Positions 58,750 through 64,000 of a DNA stretch of 64,000 nt are shown here, piece after piece. The notes under the pieces were generated by a model. That model saw nothing but the letters and a program-made list of their open reading frames with translations, ran no database searches and was not told the DNA's origin. The stretch is from Eledone cirrhosa (lineage: Eukaryota), in assembly GCA_964016885.1 (NCBI GenBank), contig OZ024740.1, positions 428,172,001 to 428,236,000 on the forward strand, given 5' to 3'. The position numbers and the translations under genes were made by a program. Every line of letters begins with the position of its first letter. The stretch's first letter is position 1.

Positions 58750-59445
58750 AAGAGAGAGAGAGAAATAGAAAGAGAGAGAGTTAGGAGGGGGAGACAGACA
58801 GAGATATAGAAAATATAGAAAGATAGATCGATATGTATATATATTACATATATATATATGCTACAACATACACAACATTGCTTTGGTGTGTATGTGTGTG
58901 TATATATATATGCACACACATATATATATCTTATATACAACATACAGAAAACATATCAGTTAACAAGAGGATAGGTGAAGGTGAAAATGAATCCATTGTA
59001 ACGTAACATGTGATATAAATGATTTAAAGTAACTTTAATGTTGAAAGAAAAGAAAGGATAAAGTTATAAATGTGAGGAATATGTATAAAATATATTGTAG
59101 AAAGAGATCAATTTAAAGCAGGATCATGTGAAAATAACATCTTTTACATGTTTGTTTCATATCAGCAATATGTATATGTGTAAAGTATGTGTTATTACTT
59201 AGGGAAATGTGGTATATATTAAAACTATGCTGTTATGTAATAGAAACGTATAAATAACAAAATCGTTTTCATAGATAGGTATTATAATATATATATATAT
59301 AAACTACATGTTGCTACACAGAGAAATGTTGAGGCAATATTGAGATATGTCTAAACAAATAACACGACATCAAATTAAGTGTGTAAGTGTGCGTTAAATT
59401 TGTGACGTTCCAATCAATGGTTAATAGCATTTATTATTTGAGTGG

Positions 59446-60036
59446 AAGGGCGGTGGATTGGCAGTATCGATAGAGGGTCGGGCGCCATGCTTTGACGCAT
59501 AGAGTTACGGCCCTTGCCATTCTGAGTTCAAATCCCGCCGAGGTTAACTTTGCCTTTCATCCTTATAGGGTCGATAAAATAAAGTACCAGTAATACACTG
59601 GGTAATCGCTGGCCTTGTGCCAAAAGTAGAAACAATTATTTGAGTGGATTGGCAGTATCGGTAGAGGGTCGGGCGCCATGATTTGTAGCAAAGAGTTTAC
59701 GGCCCTTTATGATCTGAGTTCAAATCCCGCAAAGGTTAACTTTGCCTTTCCTCCTTAAGGGGTCGATAAAATAAAGCACCAGTAATTTACTGGGTAATTG
59801 CTGGCCTTGTGCCAAACGTAGAAACAATTATTTGAGGTTATAAGGGCGGTGGATTGACAGTATCGGGAGAGGGTCGGACGCCATGCTTTGACGCATAGAG
59901 TTACGGCCCTTGCCATTCTGAGTTCAAATCTCGCTGAGGTTAACTTTGCCTTTCATCCTTACGGAGTCGATGAAATAAAGTACCAGTAATACAACGGGTA
60001 AGTGCTGGCCTTGTGCCAAAAGTAGAAACAATTATT
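59446..60036 (+). mobile_element. Tandem trimer of SINE family B
   Basis: Three complete copies (about 59446-59640, 59644-59832, 59843-60036), each followed by ATTATTTGAG. Confidence 0.93.
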
Positions 60037-60898
60037 TGAGGTATATTTCCATTCTAGGATGTATTTCATCATAGCAACACATTCTGATTCCAGGAATCTT
60101 GTATTAGACAGTGAATTAATGCCGCGAATGTTTGGAACGCAAATGTATTTGACTATTGGGTAATCCAAGCGTAAGATCATCAATGTAGAGTAAACAAATC
60201 TTAAATAGAGCTTCGAGCAGATGTTACGTTAAGAGAACATTCAGACAGAATAGAAATGGATAGAATCTAGTGAATTTAAGAATATGTTAGAAGTGATGAA
60301 GCAACGTGGTAAATGTTTAAGATAAACATTCATTATAGACTAACCTTAATCTTTGTTTGTTTGTTAATTTTTGGGGAGAGTGGGTTTAACACAGGAGGAT
60401 TGGTATCTGAAGCAAGCAAATTTCCTTCATCGACGTCAGGATCAATATCATTATGGACGTGTTGAGTTACGTATGGTGAACTATAATGTTTAATAATTCG
60501 CGACTAGTATAACAGCTCTGTATGGTTCTCATTGCACTGAGATAAAAAGTCTGTAAATGAGTATACTTGTTCAAATAATAATATATACCATATATACATA
60601 TATATACACATTAGTATACTAAAGTGTGTAAATGTCAATGTATTTTGGATATACTCTATAATATCATAAATTTTTATTGAGTAGCAATAAAACATAGTAT
60701 CGTTGAGGTTGTCGTATATAGCCATATGGACATTTGACATAGTGTGGGAGGGAAAGAGAGTCACTAGTAAATGTTTTCACCTTCTTAATAATCATGATTA
60801 TGGAAGTAAATCTTATCCGCATGCCACCACCATAAATGAAACTTAAGGGTCAGTCTGTCTCGTGGTCCTGGCCGAAAGGATGGAGAAGACATTGCTCT

Positions 60899-61083
60899 GG
60901 AGGAGGGCGAGGGAGATGTACTTTAATAGTCAGTCCACTTCATAGTCCTTGATGGAGGAAAGTTTATCCCGGAGGAGGGCGAGGGAGATGTACTCTAATA
61001 GTCAGTCCACTTCATAGTCCTGGATAGAGGAAAGTTTATCCCGGAGGAGGGCGAGGGAGACGTACTCTAATAGTCAGTTCACC
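60899..61083. repeat. 72-bp tandem repeat, 2.5 copies
   Basis: GGAGGAGGGCGAGGGAGA at 60899, 60971 and 61043. Confidence 0.9.
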
Positions 61084-61442
61084 TTATGAAGCTCGCACCT
61101 GCGAGTAATAAACGCTATTCCGATAGTAAAGAGCAGGCATTTGGTCCTGGGACCAAGACCACCAGAAGTCTCCACTGCCACAGGCACAACCAGAACCTTA
61201 TCAAAAAGTGATTGATATTTTCATTTCTGAATTCTAAGAGAAATAGTAACATTTTGAAAGTAGGTTTAAAAGTATGAATTTTCATAAGATCTTCGTAGCG
61301 GTAGGTACTAGAGCGGTGGAACTCCTGGTCTTGGGTTCAATCCTGGTCAAGAGGTTGAAATAATTTAAATTGATTATTTTAGCAAACAAATAATATATGT
61401 ATATAATGCCAATCATCGGAAGTTTCAACTTAACATGCAAAA

Positions 61443-61564
<122 letters not shown>

Positions 61565-61610
61565 ATAATAATAAAATTGAAGACTAAAATCCAAAGAGGG
61601 CTCGATAAGG

Positions 61611-61666
<56 letters not shown>

Positions 61667-61711
61667 AAGCCCAAATGATAGTAGATTCAAATATCACGGA
61701 GAGGAAGAGTA

Positions 61712-61818
61712 TAATTGTTTCTACTTTAGGCACAAGCTCAGCAAATACCCAGTGCATTACTGGTACTTTATTTTATCGACCCCGTAAGGATGAAAGGCAA
61801 AGTCAACCTCGGCGGGAT
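61712..61818 (-). mobile_element. SINE family B, 5'-truncated
   Basis: Family B 3' half. Confidence 0.88.
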
Positions 61819-61825
61819 ATATATA

Positions 61826-62187
61826 TATGAGGGCGGCCGACCGGGGTAGAAGCTGGTAAATGGTTGGCCGCCCTCATGTCTCTGATTTTCAGCCCCATGG
61901 ATTTTGTCTATTATATTCCTTTGTTATATTTCGAATACCTGATGATGTCACCGGAATCATACTGAACCCGGTCATTGAAATGTTCATAGTATAATAAACC
62001 TTTTAAGGAATTACACCAGTCCAGCCTCCTGTTATTTTATAATAATTAACTCCATACTCGCACCACCAACTACACAAACGAAGACGGGTGACTTGCATTA
62101 CGTCGAGAGCTCTCCATAATATTACATCGAGGTTGACCATACGGAATGACCAGTTCTATCCAGTGGTGAACCAACAAACCTAAATAA

Positions 62188-62195
<8 letters not shown>
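61826..62195 (+). mobile_element. pLTR relic with 5' hairpin and hammerhead (61935-61992)
   Basis: ATGAGGGCGGCC..GGCCGCCCTCAT hairpin. ATAC-CTGATGA-..ACCGG..CCGGT..-GAAA-TGTTCA-TA-GTAT, then AATAAA. Confidence 0.8.
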
Positions 62196-62241
<46 letters not shown>

Positions 62242-62247
<6 letters not shown>

Positions 62248-62845
62248 TAATAAAGTAATGAATAAACAAAGAAACAGTTCCTTATATTAAAAAAAATTCA
62301 TCATTTTACGATCGTTTCTAGGATATATATGTGTTAGTGTTGGTATGCATATTCTATAGATCTATGTAAAATATTATACAAACTATCAGAGGGAATATAT
62401 ATACCTACACATATATATGCTGTCTTCAGAAATAATGATATTTGTTTATTGAATAAACAAATATATATGCTGTCTTCAGAAATAATGATATTTTTTTATT
62501 GAATAAACAAATATCATTATTTCTGAAGACAGCATATATATGTGTAGGTATATATATTCCCTCTGATAGTTTGTATAATATTTTACATAGATCTATAGAA
62601 TATGCATACCAACACTAACACATATATATCCTAGAAACGATCGTAAAATGATGAATTTTTTTTAATATAAGGAACTGTTTCTTTGTTTATTCATTACTTT
62701 ATTAATTTATCTTGACTCTGTTTTCCGTTAATTTTCACCGAAAATAGTTTTTGAATGCATCTTCTCTTTTCATGATATCCGGATTACATTGAGTTCTTCA
62801 TACGGATTGGACACTACCGTAAATTTTTGGTAGATTGATCTACAT
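62242..62845. mobile_element. Fold-back PLE relic with two long-stem-II hammerheads (62300-62436 -, 62516-62652 +)
   Basis: About 210-bp arms and a 50-bp duplication at the apex. ATTATTT-CTGAAGA-(about 105 nt)-GAAA-CGATCG-TA-AAATGAT. Right tail. Confidence 0.88.
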
Positions 62846-63163
62846 ATATATATGTATATATATATATAATGCCAATCATCGAAAGTTTGAATTAGACATG
62901 CAAAAACATATATATATATATGTATATATATATATAAATATATATGTATAGATATATATGAATAAAGTAAGCCCAAATTATAGTAGATTCAAATATCACA
63001 GAGAGAAAGAGGGAGTGGGGAGAAATGAGGTGCAACAGAAATGAAACATAGATTACAGGTTAAAATATAGTCTAGATAGATGTGAAACAAAACGAGGATG
63101 TAGTTTATGGAACACCCAAATGATTTAGAAGTCGACCTTAAGTAGAAGCAATAATAACATTAA

Positions 63164-63550
63164 GAAAGACATGAACGACACCACAACAATTTGTTTTGAA
63201 AATTTTGAAAGTAGGTTTATAAGTATGAATTTTCATCAGACTATCGTAGTTGTCTCTGTGGCCTAGCGGTAGTTAATAGAGATATTGGAGCTCCTGGCCT
63301 TGGGTTCAATCCTGGTCCAGAGGTACATGTAACCTTTTCCAGTTTTATTTTACAACCCATAGAAAAAAATTGAAAGGGTTTACTGGGAACCCTACTCCCG
63401 ACCAGGATCGAACTTCAGAGCAGGATCACCACCGTCTATGATTGTTCCAGCTAGGTCGCCGAGACAGCTACGAAAATATAAAGAAAATGATAATTATAAA
63501 CGTACTTTAAAAATTAAAGTTTAAACAATCTTGTGTCGTTCATGGCTTTC
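63164..63550. mobile_element. Old imperfect palindrome containing two convergent tRNA-like units
   Basis: GAAAGACATGAACGACAC / GTGTCGTTCATGGCTTTC termini. A/B-box-like TGGCCTAGCGG..GGGTTCAATCC (+) and GTTCGATCC (-). The left half also occurs at about 61250-61366. Confidence 0.65.
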
Positions 63551-63684
63551 CTAGAGCTATTAGTAATATTTAGGGTGGACTCGTCAATCTTCTGGCTCTT
63601 TGGTCACAGCCTTATTATTGTTATGTGTGTTTAACTGTTGAATTAATTTAAATATTGATTATTTTAACAAACAAATAATATATG

Positions 63685-63719
<35 letters not shown>

Positions 63720-63720
63720 G

Positions 63721-63753
<33 letters not shown>

Positions 63754-63755
<2 letters not shown>

Positions 63756-63920
63756 CGAAGGAAATGTGGTAAGCAACCAGGTGGACCATAACGCACCAAA
63801 GTACTCAATACTTGGGGTAGTAGAGTGGGTAATAGGAACCAGTAAGACCCCGACGGCTGAGCTCAAGCCGTTTCGACGGCTCGAAACGGCTAGAGCTCAG
63901 CCGTCGGGGTCTTACTGGTT

Positions 63921-63925
<5 letters not shown>
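63754..63925. mobile_element. Fold-back family K, copy 5 (shortened apex)
   Basis: Same termini as the other K copies. Confidence 0.85.
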
Positions 63926-63983
<58 letters not shown>

Positions 63984-64000
63984 TGTTATACTTGGGGAGG

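Overview
AT-rich eukaryotic, repeat-dominated window with no supportable host gene. The tRNA-derived SINE families, the (TA)n load and the LINE types suggest a coleoid cephalopod, probably an octopod (inference). Three large satellite arrays (1-6440, 29635-31480, 41525-47053) and the microsatellites account for nearly all long ORFs in the track. The dominant signal is a very dense community of Penelope-like retroelements (PLEs) inserted into (TA)n tracts. It includes one near-full-length decayed Naiad-type element (RT + GIY-YIG, 52665-56930), a 3.8-kb fold-back carrying a Naiad endonuclease (35643-39599), a PLE remnant of another clade (23716-24960), and about 20 short fold-back relics of at least 12 unrelated families. 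Most share one asymmetric design: two head-to-head arms with 3' ends pointing out into (TA)n, where one arm has a family-specific tail and the other stops at a fixed internal point. Reading by eye finds about 30 type I hammerhead ribozyme motifs on both strands. These include recurrent non-canonical cores (U3-A8 'UUGANAA', U4C 'CCGANGA', U4A 'CAGANGA'). A 10-nt motif (RTNGAGYRCY) is shared by the tails of unrelated families. All structures were folded by eye; none was computed or tested.
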